64,000 nt of DNA from an uncultured Bdellovibrionales bacterium (GCA_964488025.1 CAZATJ010000003.1:4294-68293); one strand, 5' to 3'; positions 47,845 through 58,337 are shown, numbered from the stretch's first letter. The notes: generated by a model not told the origin, from the sequence alone. Numbers and translations are program-made.

Positions 47845-48333
47845 TTAAGCGATCATGGGGGTTGACCACGAAAAATCGAAGTTGGGTTTTGGCCGAGGCC
47901 GGGTCAACCGCTTCTGATGCAAAATGACCCACTCGTCAACCACCTTCAGGAACTCTTCCGGCGTATCAGCTGAGGTGTAGAAGAAATTCGGACTGTCGCC
48001 GTCCCACATGGCCGCCGACCAACATTCGACCTTGAAGGTCGCCCCCTCCAGGTCCTTTTCCTTCCATTCGATCAGGAAGGCCGTGCACTTGGCCAGATAC
48101 GGACCAGTGTCACTGCTTCGCATTGGTCGAAAAGAATTCGCCAGGAGCTGCTTCAGCCCGCGAAGCTTCTGCTGCCCTTCCTTCGTCTTCGGCCGATCAA
48201 AGGCCATCTCGACTTGGATATTCTTCCACTCGCCCCCCTTCTTCGGGAGAAGAACGGTGGAGTCATCCGCCCAAACGACATGACTGATAAGAACGGCTAG
48301 AAAAACGGCCACAAACCTGCTGATCTGCTTCAT
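47845..48333 (-). CDS. Secreted hypothetical protein
   Basis: The signal peptide is MKQISRFVAVFLAVLISHVVWA. Confidence 0.45.
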   Translation of the reverse strand: MKQISRFVAVFLAVLISHVVWADDSTVLLPKKGGEWKNIQVEMAFDRPKTKEGQQKLRGLKQLLANSFRPMRSSDTGPYLAKCTAFLIEWKEKDLEGATFKVECWSAAMWDGDSPNFFYTSADTPEEFLKVVDEWVILHQKRLTRPRPKPNFDFSWSTPMIA

Positions 48334-48401
48334 GTTCCCCTCCTCAGGGTGTTGGTGAATGAAAATGTTAAACAACAAACCAAAAATTCAGGGCAATGAT
48401 T

Positions 48402-49403
48402 TTACACCCTGTTCCATTTTATGAACTTAGCAATGTTCATATCAAACCATGGACGATGAGCCACCGGCTCATGCGCGTATTTTTCTTTCAGATAGGCATA
48501 GGTCTTTTCAAGACCGACCTCGAGACTCGTCATCGGATAAAATCCGAATTCTTCACTCGCGCGGCTAATATCGAGTACAATCTTCTGCACGTCGAACGGA
48601 CGCTTTTCCAAACGCCTGATTTTCGGTATCGACTGAGTAGTCTTTGATAACATCAGCACCAATTCAAAAAGCGCCACACCTCGACCGCTTCCTACGTTGT
48701 ACGTCGAGTTGGTATGTATCTGTTCGAAATTCTCCGCCATGAAACCGGTCACGTCTTTCACGTACACATAATCACGCACGGTATTGCCGTAAACATCGAG
48801 CGCTTCATGCTTCATCATACGCTTCATGAAAACCGGAATCGCCCCCTGAATACCATCGGGATTCTGGCGTTCGCCGTACGGATTGGCAATGCGGTAGATG
48901 ACGAACGGGAGCCCGTACTGGCGGCGATAGAAATGCAGGTGTTCTTCGATGGACAGCTTGGTTACCGCATACGGCGACACCGGCCGTGGCTGAGCGGTCT
49001 CATCGACGATTTCTTCCAGGGCGTTACCATAGACAGCGCCCCCAGAAGACGGGTAGATCACTTTTTTCACGCCGTGTTTCACGCACAAATCGAGAAGCCT
49101 GAGCGTCCCTTCCAGATTGAAACGGATTTCAGTATGAGGATCATTGGCCGTCGAGGCCGGCGTACTGAGCGACACGAAATGAAAAACGTAATCACTCCCC
49201 TTGACGGCTCGAGACAGGTGCCATTTATTGAGAAAATTTCCCTTATAGAATTCGATCTTCCCCTTCAAATGGTTCAGGTTCTTGATACGTCCTTTGCGAA
49301 AACGATCAAACACGCGTACTTCATAGCCGCGTGCGAGTAAATCATCTACCAGGTGACTGCCCAAAAAACCGTCACCACCGACTACCAGGCACTTCTTGCC
49401 CAT
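48402..49403 (-). CDS. NAD-dependent epimerase/dehydratase (extended SDR)
   Basis: It has KKCLVVGGDGFLGSHLVDDLLARGYEV and a YxxxK active site. Confidence 0.8.
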   Translation of the reverse strand: MGKKCLVVGGDGFLGSHLVDDLLARGYEVRVFDRFRKGRIKNLNHLKGKIEFYKGNFLNKWHLSRAVKGSDYVFHFVSLSTPASTANDPHTEIRFNLEGTLRLLDLCVKHGVKKVIYPSSGGAVYGNALEEIVDETAQPRPVSPYAVTKLSIEEHLHFYRRQYGLPFVIYRIANPYGERQNPDGIQGAIPVFMKRMMKHEALDVYGNTVRDYVYVKDVTGFMAENFEQIHTNSTYNVGSGRGVALFELVLMLSKTTQSIPKIRRLEKRPFDVQKIVLDISRASEEFGFYPMTSLEVGLEKTYAYLKEKYAHEPVAHRPWFDMNIAKFIKWNRV

Positions 49404-49473
49404 AAAAAATAGACCCATTACTGTTAACGAGCCATAGTACATTATTTCTTTCGTTTTGTCAACCCCGCACCTT

Positions 49474-49725
49474 TTAGTCTTGAATGACTCGTTTTTTTAG
49501 CTCTGATAAGCCTTTCCCATGATTTTTTAGTTTCGCTTCCCTGTTTTTTGCCAGTGCTAAAGAGGAATAAGCCTCGTAGTACACGAGTTCCCAAGGCATA
49601 TATTTTTTGGTATGAAATGATTTTCCCTCATTATGCTGAGAGAGTCTCTTCCTTAAATCATTTGTATGACCAATATAAAACTGACTAAGTTCCTTCGTAC
49701 TTCGAAGCAAATAAAGATAATACAT
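49474..49725 (-). CDS. GIY-YIG nuclease domain protein (small, YhbQ-like)
   Basis: It reads MYYLYLLRSTKELSQFYIGHTNDLRKRLSQHN. The start is chosen at MYYLY; the ORF-track N-terminus overlaps the neighbouring gene. Confidence 0.6.
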   Translation of the reverse strand: MYYLYLLRSTKELSQFYIGHTNDLRKRLSQHNEGKSFHTKKYMPWELVYYEAYSSLALAKNREAKLKNHGKGLSELKKRVIQD

Positions 49726-49744
49726 AAGACTAAAAGGTGCGGGG

Positions 49745-50977
49745 TCAAACCCTTTTTCTATTTTGTATGAGGGAGGAATAAAGACCGAGAAGTTCCTTGA
49801 GGTACCTATTCTGATCAAGATCCAAAACACTTTTTCGAGCATTTTCTTGAAGTTCCGGAAGAGAAGTATTTTCCAAAGCGCGAATTTTCTCCGCCAAATC
49901 ATGGGCATCACCGGGGATAAAAAGAAAACCATTATAGCCGTCCCGTATCCGTTCCGGTAGGCTTCCGATTCGAGCGGCGATAACTGGCGTTCCGGAGGCG
50001 AGGGTTTCGAGAAGCGCATACGGAGTATTCTCGTACCACTCCGATGGCACCACTACGGCTCGCGCCTGCGCCAAAAGCTTCTGCAGATTGTCACCATATA
50101 TCGGACCAAGAAACTTCACCTTATCCTCAAGTTGTAATTCTTTTGCCAACGTTCGCAATCGCTCTTCTTCCGGGCCGAAGCCGACGATCGAGAGCGTCTC
50201 ATCATTATGGAGTTCGGTAAAAGAACGAATCAGGGTGGCGATTCCCTTTTCATAAGAAAGACGGCCGAAATACAAAAAATTCTTACCGGTTTTTTCCAGA
50301 ACCGGCAGCGAAAGATCAGGTAGTGGAAAAAGTGGTTGTGGCAAAAGTCGGATGGAATAGGAAAAGCCCAGCCGCCTATAGGTATCGATGAGAAACTGAC
50401 TGAGACCGATATAGACGTTTACCTTGCCATAAGTGCCCAAAGCTGCGTGCAGCCACTGTTCCAAAACACAAACGAGACTCTTCCCGAAAGAATCCTTGAC
50501 ACAGCGATCAATAAGACAGCGTAAGCCTGAGGAATGCTCCCAAACCTTCCCCCGAACAAACAAATTGTAGTTTGGTGAAATGAGCTTATAATCGCAGAGC
50601 GTCATCACCATCGGAACGTCATGTTTCTTGAGCGCCCAGATAATCGATGGCGAAAGCTGATGATAGGTGACAAAAAGGTGTGCCACGTCGGGCTTAAATT
50701 CCGCGATGAGCGCTTCCAATTTTTGCTTGGCAGTGAAGTTCCAGATGATATTTTGCGCCACTTTCAGTTTTTGCCACAGTGTCAGGTGAGTCGCTGCTTC
50801 ATAATCTACTTGCTCGACAAAATATTTGCTCCACTCGGTGGGTTCATTTTTGGGATGATGCATCGAAAAAAAGGCCACCTCGTGACCCTGCTCGCGCAAG
50901 AGCTTAGCCGTATCGAAATAAAGGCGCTGCGGACCGGCATATTGACGATGAAACTTGTCGATGAGGAGAATGCGCAT
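49745..50977 (-). CDS. Glycosyltransferase family 4
   Basis: It starts MRILLIDKF..AGPQRL, and the C-terminal EX7E reads ENTPYALLETLASG. Confidence 0.8.
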   Translation of the reverse strand: MRILLIDKFHRQYAGPQRLYFDTAKLLREQGHEVAFFSMHHPKNEPTEWSKYFVEQVDYEAATHLTLWQKLKVAQNIIWNFTAKQKLEALIAEFKPDVAHLFVTYHQLSPSIIWALKKHDVPMVMTLCDYKLISPNYNLFVRGKVWEHSSGLRCLIDRCVKDSFGKSLVCVLEQWLHAALGTYGKVNVYIGLSQFLIDTYRRLGFSYSIRLLPQPLFPLPDLSLPVLEKTGKNFLYFGRLSYEKGIATLIRSFTELHNDETLSIVGFGPEEERLRTLAKELQLEDKVKFLGPIYGDNLQKLLAQARAVVVPSEWYENTPYALLETLASGTPVIAARIGSLPERIRDGYNGFLFIPGDAHDLAEKIRALENTSLPELQENARKSVLDLDQNRYLKELLGLYSSLIQNRKRV

Positions 50978-51034
50978 TTTTTGACTTTTTGGCTTAATAA
51001 TGGCATTATACAGAAAAGTATTCCTCTTCGCAAT

Positions 51035-51694
51035 ATGGTTTCACTCATCGAAAAAATAGCCTACTCTATTTCGGCCAAGAGTCGCGCCAAGAAATTTTCC
51101 CAATTCCTGACCCTGACCACTCCTACGGCCGAAGAAACTATCGTCGATGTCGGCGTCAACACTACTGAATATTCAGCCACCGATAACTATTTGGAAAAAT
51201 TTTATCCCCACCCGGAAAAAATTACCGCTGTTGGTCTGGGCGACCTCACCGCTTTCAAAGAGCGCTACCCTCTGGTAACCGCCATCGAAGGCGACGGACG
51301 GACTCTTCCTTTCGTCGACAACGCCTTCGCTATCGCCTATTCCAATGCCGTCATCGAACATGTCGGCAACCATGATGATCAGCGCCGCTTCCTGTCCGAA
51401 CTCTATCGTGTCAGTTCTCGAGGCTACCTCACCACCCCCAACCGCCTGTTTCCCATCGAACTGCACACTCGAATTCCTCTTTTACATCTGCTCCTCTCCA
51501 AAAAAAACTTCGATACCGTTGCCACAAAAATCGGCAAAGGTTGGGCGGCCGGAGACTACATGACACTTCTTTCTGAGAGGGAGCTCCGAAGTCTCCTTTC
51601 CGAAGCCGGAATGTCACGCTATACCCTTGTTAAAAACCGCTTCTGGGGATTCCCGATGACCTTCACCATTCTCTGGCAGAAGACAAGCGAGTAA
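51035..51694 (+). CDS. Class I SAM-dependent methyltransferase
   Basis: Motif I reads IVDVGVN and a Methyltransf_11-like region reads DNAFAIAYSNAVIEHV. The start is chosen at MVSLIEK. The upstream part of the ORF-track entry overlaps the minus-strand GT4 gene. Confidence 0.6.
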   Translation: MVSLIEKIAYSISAKSRAKKFSQFLTLTTPTAEETIVDVGVNTTEYSATDNYLEKFYPHPEKITAVGLGDLTAFKERYPLVTAIEGDGRTLPFVDNAFAIAYSNAVIEHVGNHDDQRRFLSELYRVSSRGYLTTPNRLFPIELHTRIPLLHLLLSKKNFDTVATKIGKGWAAGDYMTLLSERELRSLLSEAGMSRYTLVKNRFWGFPMTFTILWQKTSE

Positions 51695-51717
51695 TACACC
51701 TTCTAGAATCATAAGGC

Positions 51718-53103
51718 ATGAACCACCAAACGACCCTCAATCCGCTTCACGAGCCCATCCTTTGGGTTTTCTTGATTGCCGTGACCGCCTTCACTGCCGT
51801 TGCCAGCTTTCTTCTTCACCTTTCTCTTTTTCTTCCACTTCTTCTCGTCGGTGGTATTCTCGCCCTCATTCTCCTCTTTCGGGATCCGATACTCCTCCTC
51901 TTCGGACTCATCATCGTGCGCATGTCGCTTGATTATTCATCACAGTATTTCAGCATCACCCTGTATGACATCACTCTCTCTCTTTCCCAATTTTTGGGTG
52001 TCGGCATCGCCCTGCTTGGTCTTATGCTTCTCATTCTGAAACGGAAACAATTGGCTACCTTTCCTCTTATCATCCCCTTCCTTATCATCTTCCTCTGGGG
52101 CAGCATGACCCTGTTTTATTCCCTCTCCACAAAAGCAACCCTCCAGGAACTGCTCCGAGTCTTCGACCTGTTCGCTCTCGGCTTTCTCGCCTATGTCACT
52201 ATACGAACCACCAAAGACTTCAGACATCTGCTCCAAACCTTCTTCATAGCCAGCGTTCTGCCGGTCGCCTTCGGTCTCTATCAGTTCGTATCCCATATCG
52301 GACTCCAGGATGAAAATGTTTCCGTACTCCGCATCTTTGGCACTTTCAGTCATCCTAACGTCTACAGCCTCTTTCTTTTTTCCGTGATCGTCTTCGGATT
52401 TCTCTATCTGATACTTTTTGGAGAAAGCGGCACGAAACGCCTGATGGTACTAATCATTCTCGGCGCACTCTCCGCCATGCTCGTTCTCACTTTCGCCCGA
52501 GTAGCCTGGATCGCGTTGTTTCTTTTCATCTTCCTGGTGGCACTCTTCCGCTATCGCCTCCTCCTCTTCCCACTCATCCTCTTTCCCTTCGTCCTCTTCG
52601 TTTTCTCGACAAACTTTCAGGAACGCGTTCATGAAAGCTTCCGCTCCGATCCGGACAGCTCCCTGGTCTGGCGACAGACGCTCTGGCAAGATGTCACCCG
52701 CTATTCCATCCAGGAAGGACGCCTTCCCTTCGGATCCGGCATGGATACCTTTCCCAAAGTCTCCGAGAGTCTCCGTGGCACGAATCATGGCCCCAACGAT
52801 CCACATAATGATTTCGTGAAATTCTTCGTCGAGGGCGGAGTGGTCGGAATCACTGCCTTCATTCTCTACCTCTTTTCCCTGGGCTATCTCCTCATTCAGA
52901 AATACCGTGAAAGTCAAAAAGGGAGCGCGCTCAAAATCGCTTTCGGTATCATGTTCATCTTCTTTCTCACTCTCGAACTCTCCGCCCTGACCGATAACAT
53001 CTTCAAAAACACGCCGGTCCAGTGGCTCTTCTTCACCGCCTTCGGCGCTCTCCTAGCGCTTTCGGAAACAAAGCAAAAATTTTCCGAAAAAATCACTTCT
53101 TGA
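51718..53103 (+). CDS. O-antigen ligase / Wzy-like polymerase family membrane protein
   Basis: It has more than 10 TM helices. The periplasmic loop reads NHGPNDPHNDFVKFFVEGGVVG (Wzy_C-like). Confidence 0.65.
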   Translation: MNHQTTLNPLHEPILWVFLIAVTAFTAVASFLLHLSLFLPLLLVGGILALILLFRDPILLLFGLIIVRMSLDYSSQYFSITLYDITLSLSQFLGVGIALLGLMLLILKRKQLATFPLIIPFLIIFLWGSMTLFYSLSTKATLQELLRVFDLFALGFLAYVTIRTTKDFRHLLQTFFIASVLPVAFGLYQFVSHIGLQDENVSVLRIFGTFSHPNVYSLFLFSVIVFGFLYLILFGESGTKRLMVLIILGALSAMLVLTFARVAWIALFLFIFLVALFRYRLLLFPLILFPFVLFVFSTNFQERVHESFRSDPDSSLVWRQTLWQDVTRYSIQEGRLPFGSGMDTFPKVSESLRGTNHGPNDPHNDFVKFFVEGGVVGITAFILYLFSLGYLLIQKYRESQKGSALKIAFGIMFIFFLTLELSALTDNIFKNTPVQWLFFTAFGALLALSETKQKFSEKITS

Positions 53104-53205
53104 GTAAAAAAAGAAGGGCTCCGAAACGTTGCTTACGCATTATTTCGAAACCCTTGTGCTGGAACCGCGTCACGCTGGACGCGAGTCCCTGCCGGCCTGG
53201 CCGAC

Positions 53206-53814
53206 TTACTTCTTGGTGGCGAGCGCCGTACGCGTCGCCTGGTCGAGCTTGACCACCGTCGAGCCGTCGAAGCACCAGCCCGTCATGGGACTGCCATTGA
53301 CGTTCTTGGTGGACCACGCCGCCGGATGTCCAGACCAGACGCGCTGGCCGTCCGGCAAGACGCCGACCCAGGTCACGACGCGGCAGCGCTCTTCGCCCTT
53401 CTGGAAGGTCATCGTCACCGCGCCGTCAGCGAGCTTGCCGCTCGCCTTGGCCTTGTCGACCGTGATGGCCATGAGCTCTTCGCTCATTTCGCCCCAGTCA
53501 CGACCGAGGCCCATGGCGTAGATGGTCGTGCCGGCGGGCAACGTGTACAGACTGACTTGCTTCTTCGTCGGCGCATCTTGCGCCTTCTTCATGGGCTTCA
53601 TGCCCTTCAAGTCGGTGAACGAGACGCCGATGACGCCGGTCAGGGTGACGGTGTAGGCATTGTCCTTGACAGCGGATGCCGTCAAGCCGATGCCACCGCC
53701 GCCAGCCGGGTCGTACCCTGCAACACCGGACAGCGGGTCCGCGGCCATGACGGCTGCGGAGACGGAGATGATCGCCAGAGCGATCAGGCTTTTGGGAACG
53801 AACTTCGTCTTCAT
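53206..53814 (-). CDS. Secreted hypothetical protein (high-GC segment)
   Basis: The signal peptide is MKTKFVPKSLIALAIISVSAAVMA. GC is about 60-65%. Confidence 0.5.
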   Translation of the reverse strand: MKTKFVPKSLIALAIISVSAAVMAADPLSGVAGYDPAGGGGIGLTASAVKDNAYTVTLTGVIGVSFTDLKGMKPMKKAQDAPTKKQVSLYTLPAGTTIYAMGLGRDWGEMSEELMAITVDKAKASGKLADGAVTMTFQKGEERCRVVTWVGVLPDGQRVWSGHPAAWSTKNVNGSPMTGWCFDGSTVVKLDQATRTALATKK

Positions 53815-54036
53815 ATCGTGCTCCTTCGCACAGTGGTTGGGTGATGAGATGTGCCTGACACATCGACCCAACCGAGGTTGGATGTTCAGGCACATTTCAA
53901 ACCTTGTCGGTCGGTATCTCTTGCAAGACACCATCTGGACTCATCACTATACACCCATTTCCATTTTCTGTCAAGATGTCACTTTTTGCTCTATAAAGCC
54001 AATATTTCCTCTATCTTGCATCTGAAAATATGGCTG

Positions 54037-54822
54037 TTAGTGCCAGTAGGCCTTGGGCACTCGAATGGTCAAAAACCGACCACCCGTATCTCCGAACCAG
54101 TCAGACATCCAGGCCTCGCAGTTGTTGGCCGGGTTGTCGCTTCGGTTCTTCCGGCTCTCTGGGTTCTGGCACTCCGGATCGAAACCCGTATAGCCGTCAC
54201 CCATACCCCGCCACCAGTCGAGACCGATCTGCAGCCTGGCCGCTCCGGAGATCCTGACCTCCATTTCGACCAGGTAGCGCGCTCCCGGCTTGTTATCCAA
54301 CCGTGGATCGCTCCAGTTGTGAAAAAGCCGCCGGGCAATTTTTCCGGGGTCGACGTTATACGCCGCCTCTTCATAATCGTAGACCAGCTCGCTCTCACCG
54401 GTACCGTCCGTCTCGCCGAACCACTGTTCGACGTCCCGACCATTTCTGGTAAGTGTCCTCGGAAAGATGCCACCACTCCCGACGCCGTCCGTCCCCTTGC
54501 CGTCAAAGGTGATGGTCTGCACCAGCTTCGGAGCAGACGTGCCCACCTGCTCGTAGACCTTCCACGAACGGATAGAGACCTTGGATTCTCCTACAGCACA
54601 GGACAAGGCATTTGCCACGGTGATGTGACTGATGACCGTATGGAAATACGGTGGCGGCGTTGCTCTGCCTGGATGATGGTGCTCTCCCTTCCAGATGGCG
54701 CCTTGCGGAACCAGAGGCAAAGTGTTCACCAATGTCCCTGGCGGACAGACCTGCGTCACGGGGTTGGCCCACAGTGACGCAGTGCACAAGAGCCAAGCTA
54801 TGGCTATCAACAACCTTGTCAT
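54037..54822 (-). CDS. Secreted hypothetical protein (high-GC segment)
   Basis: The signal peptide is MTRLLIAIAWLLCTASLWA. The start is chosen at that Met. Confidence 0.5.
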   Translation of the reverse strand: MTRLLIAIAWLLCTASLWANPVTQVCPPGTLVNTLPLVPQGAIWKGEHHHPGRATPPPYFHTVISHITVANALSCAVGESKVSIRSWKVYEQVGTSAPKLVQTITFDGKGTDGVGSGGIFPRTLTRNGRDVEQWFGETDGTGESELVYDYEEAAYNVDPGKIARRLFHNWSDPRLDNKPGARYLVEMEVRISGAARLQIGLDWWRGMGDGYTGFDPECQNPESRKNRSDNPANNCEAWMSDWFGDTGGRFLTIRVPKAYWH

Positions 54823-54847
54823 TGTGAACCTCCTTCTGCGGTTGAGA

Positions 54848-55306
54848 TCAGCAGCCAGAAGACTGCAGGTTTTTGATGATGAGCTCGCCGTCGACCCCTT
54901 GCAGGCCGATGCGAACCACGACGTCCGACATGTTGGGCGGAAAGATCCATTCCCGCTTGATAGCACGGAATTCATCCGTCGGACCGGCACGCCAGTCGGA
55001 TGCCCACTTCTGGGACCCGCCGGCCATCATCTCGTAGTCGAAATGGACGCCGTGGTAGGACTTGCTCCCACCCTTGACGCCCATCGCCTTGTACTCGGCC
55101 GAAAGCGTGAACTTCTTGCCGGCACAGTTCTGAGGAACCAGGCGCAGACCCGGGAATTCATCACCCCCAGACGCACCGGTGATGGTGTAGGTGTCGCCGT
55201 CCTTCTTGACAGCGCCTTCCGTCTGCCACGCATCGGCAGCGAAAGCGCTCGCCGCAGCGAAGAAAAGGGGGAAAAGAGCGAATGCTGGAAAAGAGGCGGT
55301 TCTCAT
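54848..55306 (-). CDS. Secreted hypothetical protein (high-GC segment)
   Basis: The signal peptide is MRTASFPAFALFPLFFAAASAFA. Confidence 0.5.
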   Translation of the reverse strand: MRTASFPAFALFPLFFAAASAFAADAWQTEGAVKKDGDTYTITGASGGDEFPGLRLVPQNCAGKKFTLSAEYKAMGVKGGSKSYHGVHFDYEMMAGGSQKWASDWRAGPTDEFRAIKREWIFPPNMSDVVVRIGLQGVDGELIIKNLQSSGC

Positions 55307-55436
55307 GTGAAACTCCTGTTGGTAAGGGGCTGGGAATCATTTCGTCCGCACGTCGCGAACCGTACAGTATAGCAAAAAATAGGTATTTTGTCAAGCCGAG
55401 TAAACACATTTCTGCTCTTAAAAAATCGTGTAAAAA

Positions 55437-55476
55437 AGATCAAGGGCAGGTCGTTCGGATGAACTTCCTGCCCTGT
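55437..55476 (-). terminator. Rho-independent terminator after the LysM gene
   Basis: On the minus strand, gggcagg...cctgccc is followed by ttgatcttttttacacgatttttt. Confidence 0.5.
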
Positions 55477-55600
55477 GATTGCGAATGATGTCGCTGACTT
55501 CCTTCTCTCTTTGAACCGGTACGTCACCGCGTGCTCCTGTATTGCTACAGTGCATGTTGGCGCATACCCTTTTTATAGTCTCATAAGAGAGCGTGTTCAG

Positions 55601-57133
55601 TCAGTCGATCGCAACGCCCAGAGCTTCAAGGCTCCGGATCATCGCGTTCCACCGTTCTTCCTGCACATGGAGCTTGTAGTGCCGCCCAGCGCCGTAGGTG
55701 AGCGTCGCTCCGAGGGTGTTGCCGATATCGGCGAAGTGGGGCCCTGCTCCCAGCCCCCACACCTTATTGACAGTCCGGAGACCGACATAGGCATGACCAG
55801 AAGTAGGATTAGGCGCCGTTTTGTTGGCACCGACTTCCACGAAAGGCTGCAGTTTGGCTGCCAGACCTTGGTTGCCCAAGTTCTTCGACAAGAACACTCG
55901 CCCGCCGACGCCCAGGATGTACTTCGTATCCGGAATCGTCGATGCATCAAGTGCTTTGCCTTCCCAGCTGTGCGACTTCGTTTGTGAGAACGGGTCGCAA
56001 AAGCTGGCCCAAAGCTGCCATTCGGGAACCCACTTCTCGCCATCCTTTTCACGGGAGGCGTCAGTGTAGCTCGCCGATGCACACCACAGGCTCGTGTACC
56101 GTTTTTGCTGGTACTGGCCGCTTGCGTCATGACCCCGCTCCCACAGGCCACCGATCATGGGAAACTTGATCCCCACGTCACGACGGTTGTTGAAGCTGAA
56201 CTTCTGAGCGAGGCCAAAGGCAGCCGTCTCACCGCTGTAGCGATACCCATCGGGGGTACCACCATTCCAAAGGCTAAACGATCCGCCACCGCCGAGCGCG
56301 TAGCGTCCCCAGTCGTAATACTTGATGACCGGGTAGCCCGCCCCTTCGCCGCCGGCATAGCGCACGTCTTTGTCACCACCGATGAAGAAGCCTAAGTCCC
56401 AATCATAGTCGCGGGCGACCTGTTCGGCCTCCTGCTCTTGCAGTGGAACAACAGGCTCCTCCGGTCGAACCATTGTCGGAACGAGTTCCGGTTCCGGTAC
56501 TTTCGAAACCGTTACCGGAGGCGGAGCAATCACCACCTTGGTGAAGGTCGAGGGATTGCCACAGCGACGCGGATCAGCAAGGAAGATTCCTCCGCCCAAG
56601 TCGTATGTGTCCATGACTTCCGGCTGCCCACCTTCTTCAGGAGAACAAATCGGCTTGTCATGAATGTGCACCACCTTACCGGTCTTGCTCTGGTACAGCA
56701 TTTCATTGAAGATCTGCCTTCCCACAAGCTCCTTGCTTGTCGCCTTCTCGCCAAGGACAACCTTCTCCTTCGCCACCGCCTTTTGTTCCGGCGAGAGCGT
56801 CGTCAATAGGTCGATTCCTTGGAGCGTCCGTGCCAGATTGTGTTCCGGATTGAACGGAGCCACACCAAGCGTGATGCACGCCTGTGACACAGCAGGTTGA
56901 GATGATCTCTTCATGGCGACGTCACGACCCGGGAACCGGATCGTTTGGCCGACCGTAATGAGGTTGCAGTTGGCAAGACCGTTGTAGGAGCAAAGCCCCT
57001 TCCAGTCGTAGCCTGCCTGCTTCGCGATCGTGCCGAGCGTCTCGCCCGACACGACCTTATGAGCCGCTTCTCCGGCCCACGCACCACTCGCCCCGAAGAG
57101 CAAAGCGGTGGCGAGTAGCCACTTCTTGTTCAT
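55601..57133 (-). CDS. Secreted LysM domain protein with a Gly/Trp/Tyr-rich C-terminal domain (high-GC segment)
   Basis: The signal peptide is MNKKWLLATALLFGASGAWA. The LysM domain reads HKVVSGETLGTIAKQAGY...LITVGQTIRFP. Confidence 0.6.
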   Translation of the reverse strand: MNKKWLLATALLFGASGAWAGEAAHKVVSGETLGTIAKQAGYDWKGLCSYNGLANCNLITVGQTIRFPGRDVAMKRSSQPAVSQACITLGVAPFNPEHNLARTLQGIDLLTTLSPEQKAVAKEKVVLGEKATSKELVGRQIFNEMLYQSKTGKVVHIHDKPICSPEEGGQPEVMDTYDLGGGIFLADPRRCGNPSTFTKVVIAPPPVTVSKVPEPELVPTMVRPEEPVVPLQEQEAEQVARDYDWDLGFFIGGDKDVRYAGGEGAGYPVIKYYDWGRYALGGGGSFSLWNGGTPDGYRYSGETAAFGLAQKFSFNNRRDVGIKFPMIGGLWERGHDASGQYQQKRYTSLWCASASYTDASREKDGEKWVPEWQLWASFCDPFSQTKSHSWEGKALDASTIPDTKYILGVGGRVFLSKNLGNQGLAAKLQPFVEVGANKTAPNPTSGHAYVGLRTVNKVWGLGAGPHFADIGNTLGATLTYGAGRHYKLHVQEERWNAMIRSLEALGVAID

Positions 57134-57151
57134 GATGATCCTTCCATAGGT

Positions 57152-58291
57152 TTAGGGTGAGCTGCTCGGAAGCAGCCCGGTGTGGACTACTTCTTTCTGC
57201 ATAGCACCTTTCTCCTTGGTGCGGAACGACAAACGCTCTTTCAGAAGATCGAGCGCTTCCCACAATGCCTTCACGCGTGGCACGATCGCTTCGCCGATTT
57301 CCCAACCGGACTTGCGTCCGTCGAAATCGAGATCGAAGGAAACATTTCTCGAGGACGAATCCCCGAGATACTGCTCCAGATCGCTCTTCAGCGAGTTGTA
57401 CCCGCGCAAGTACCGACCCAGGGCTGCATTGGCCTCGGGTGCCGAGTACTGCCGTTCCCCGAAGGGCCCGACGTACAGGTCTTCACCGGTACTCGCCAGT
57501 GCGACACCGACCGAAATCGCCGTGCCAATCACCGAAGGGATGGCAATGGTCAGACCTCGCTCGGCAATGCGTTCGCCTTGGGTGACCTGGCGCAAATCGC
57601 CCACGACTTGCGGACGGAGCGCCAGCGGGTGGATGGAATAGACCCGGCCATCGCTTTGCAGCGACGCCTTGGAAAAATCCGCCCGAATACCGGAGAGGAG
57701 CCGTTCCCCTGCCCCAGTATCTTTCACTTCGTGAGCACGAGCCTCGGAAGGAAATGTCTGCAGAAACGCTGCATCCACTATCCCAAGGCAATTCTTGCTC
57801 GGTGGCAGCCTGAGTAGATCGCCGGAGACGGTGAGAAGCTTGGTGTACGCGCCCGAAGACACGTACACGTTCACTGGCTCACCGGCCGGCACCACCAGGT
57901 CAGACATGACCACAGTAAGCACCGGAGAGGTCAAGGGGTTTTTCATGATGGCAGGAAAGAATCGCTTCTCTCCGGTGCGCTTGTTCATCACAAACGCTTG
58001 CCACACATAGCGCGGGTAGTGTTCCTGAGTGCGAGCTTCCTCGCCCTCCACGAACCATCCCAGCGCATCCCCGATCCACTCCGGTGGGATCCGTACCTGA
58101 ACCACCGTCGCTTTGGTCAGCGACCGAGTGTCAACACCTTGGAGCGCGAGCGCTTTCCAGTGTTGCGGTACTTCACACACCTGTTCACCGGTAATCTTGC
58201 CCGAGGGCAGTTCATCGCCGGTGAACCGAACATTTGTGGCACACCCCGAGAGGAGTGCCAGCACGATCGCGAACAAAACGCGATAACTCAT
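57152..58291 (-). CDS. Lipoprotein, hypothetical (high-GC segment)
   Basis: The lipobox is LALLSGC. Confidence 0.5.
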   Translation of the reverse strand: MSYRVLFAIVLALLSGCATNVRFTGDELPSGKITGEQVCEVPQHWKALALQGVDTRSLTKATVVQVRIPPEWIGDALGWFVEGEEARTQEHYPRYVWQAFVMNKRTGEKRFFPAIMKNPLTSPVLTVVMSDLVVPAGEPVNVYVSSGAYTKLLTVSGDLLRLPPSKNCLGIVDAAFLQTFPSEARAHEVKDTGAGERLLSGIRADFSKASLQSDGRVYSIHPLALRPQVVGDLRQVTQGERIAERGLTIAIPSVIGTAISVGVALASTGEDLYVGPFGERQYSAPEANAALGRYLRGYNSLKSDLEQYLGDSSSRNVSFDLDFDGRKSGWEIGEAIVPRVKALWEALDLLKERLSFRTKEKGAMQKEVVHTGLLPSSSP

Positions 58292-58337
58292 GTCGCTCTC
58301 CTGGGTTGGGTTGCATTTCCTCTATCCGACGGACAGA

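Noticed and set aside
50621-51034. The N-terminal part of ORF-track entry 50621-51694.
   Set aside because: It overlaps the minus-strand GT4 gene (49745-50977). The methyltransferase more plausibly starts at 51035 (MVSLIEK).
53326-55372. Several plus-strand ORFs (53326-53844, 53851-54777 and 54695-55372) in the high-GC segment.
   Set aside because: High GC suppresses stop codons and produces long spurious frames. The minus-strand genes have signal peptides and terminators and fill the space.
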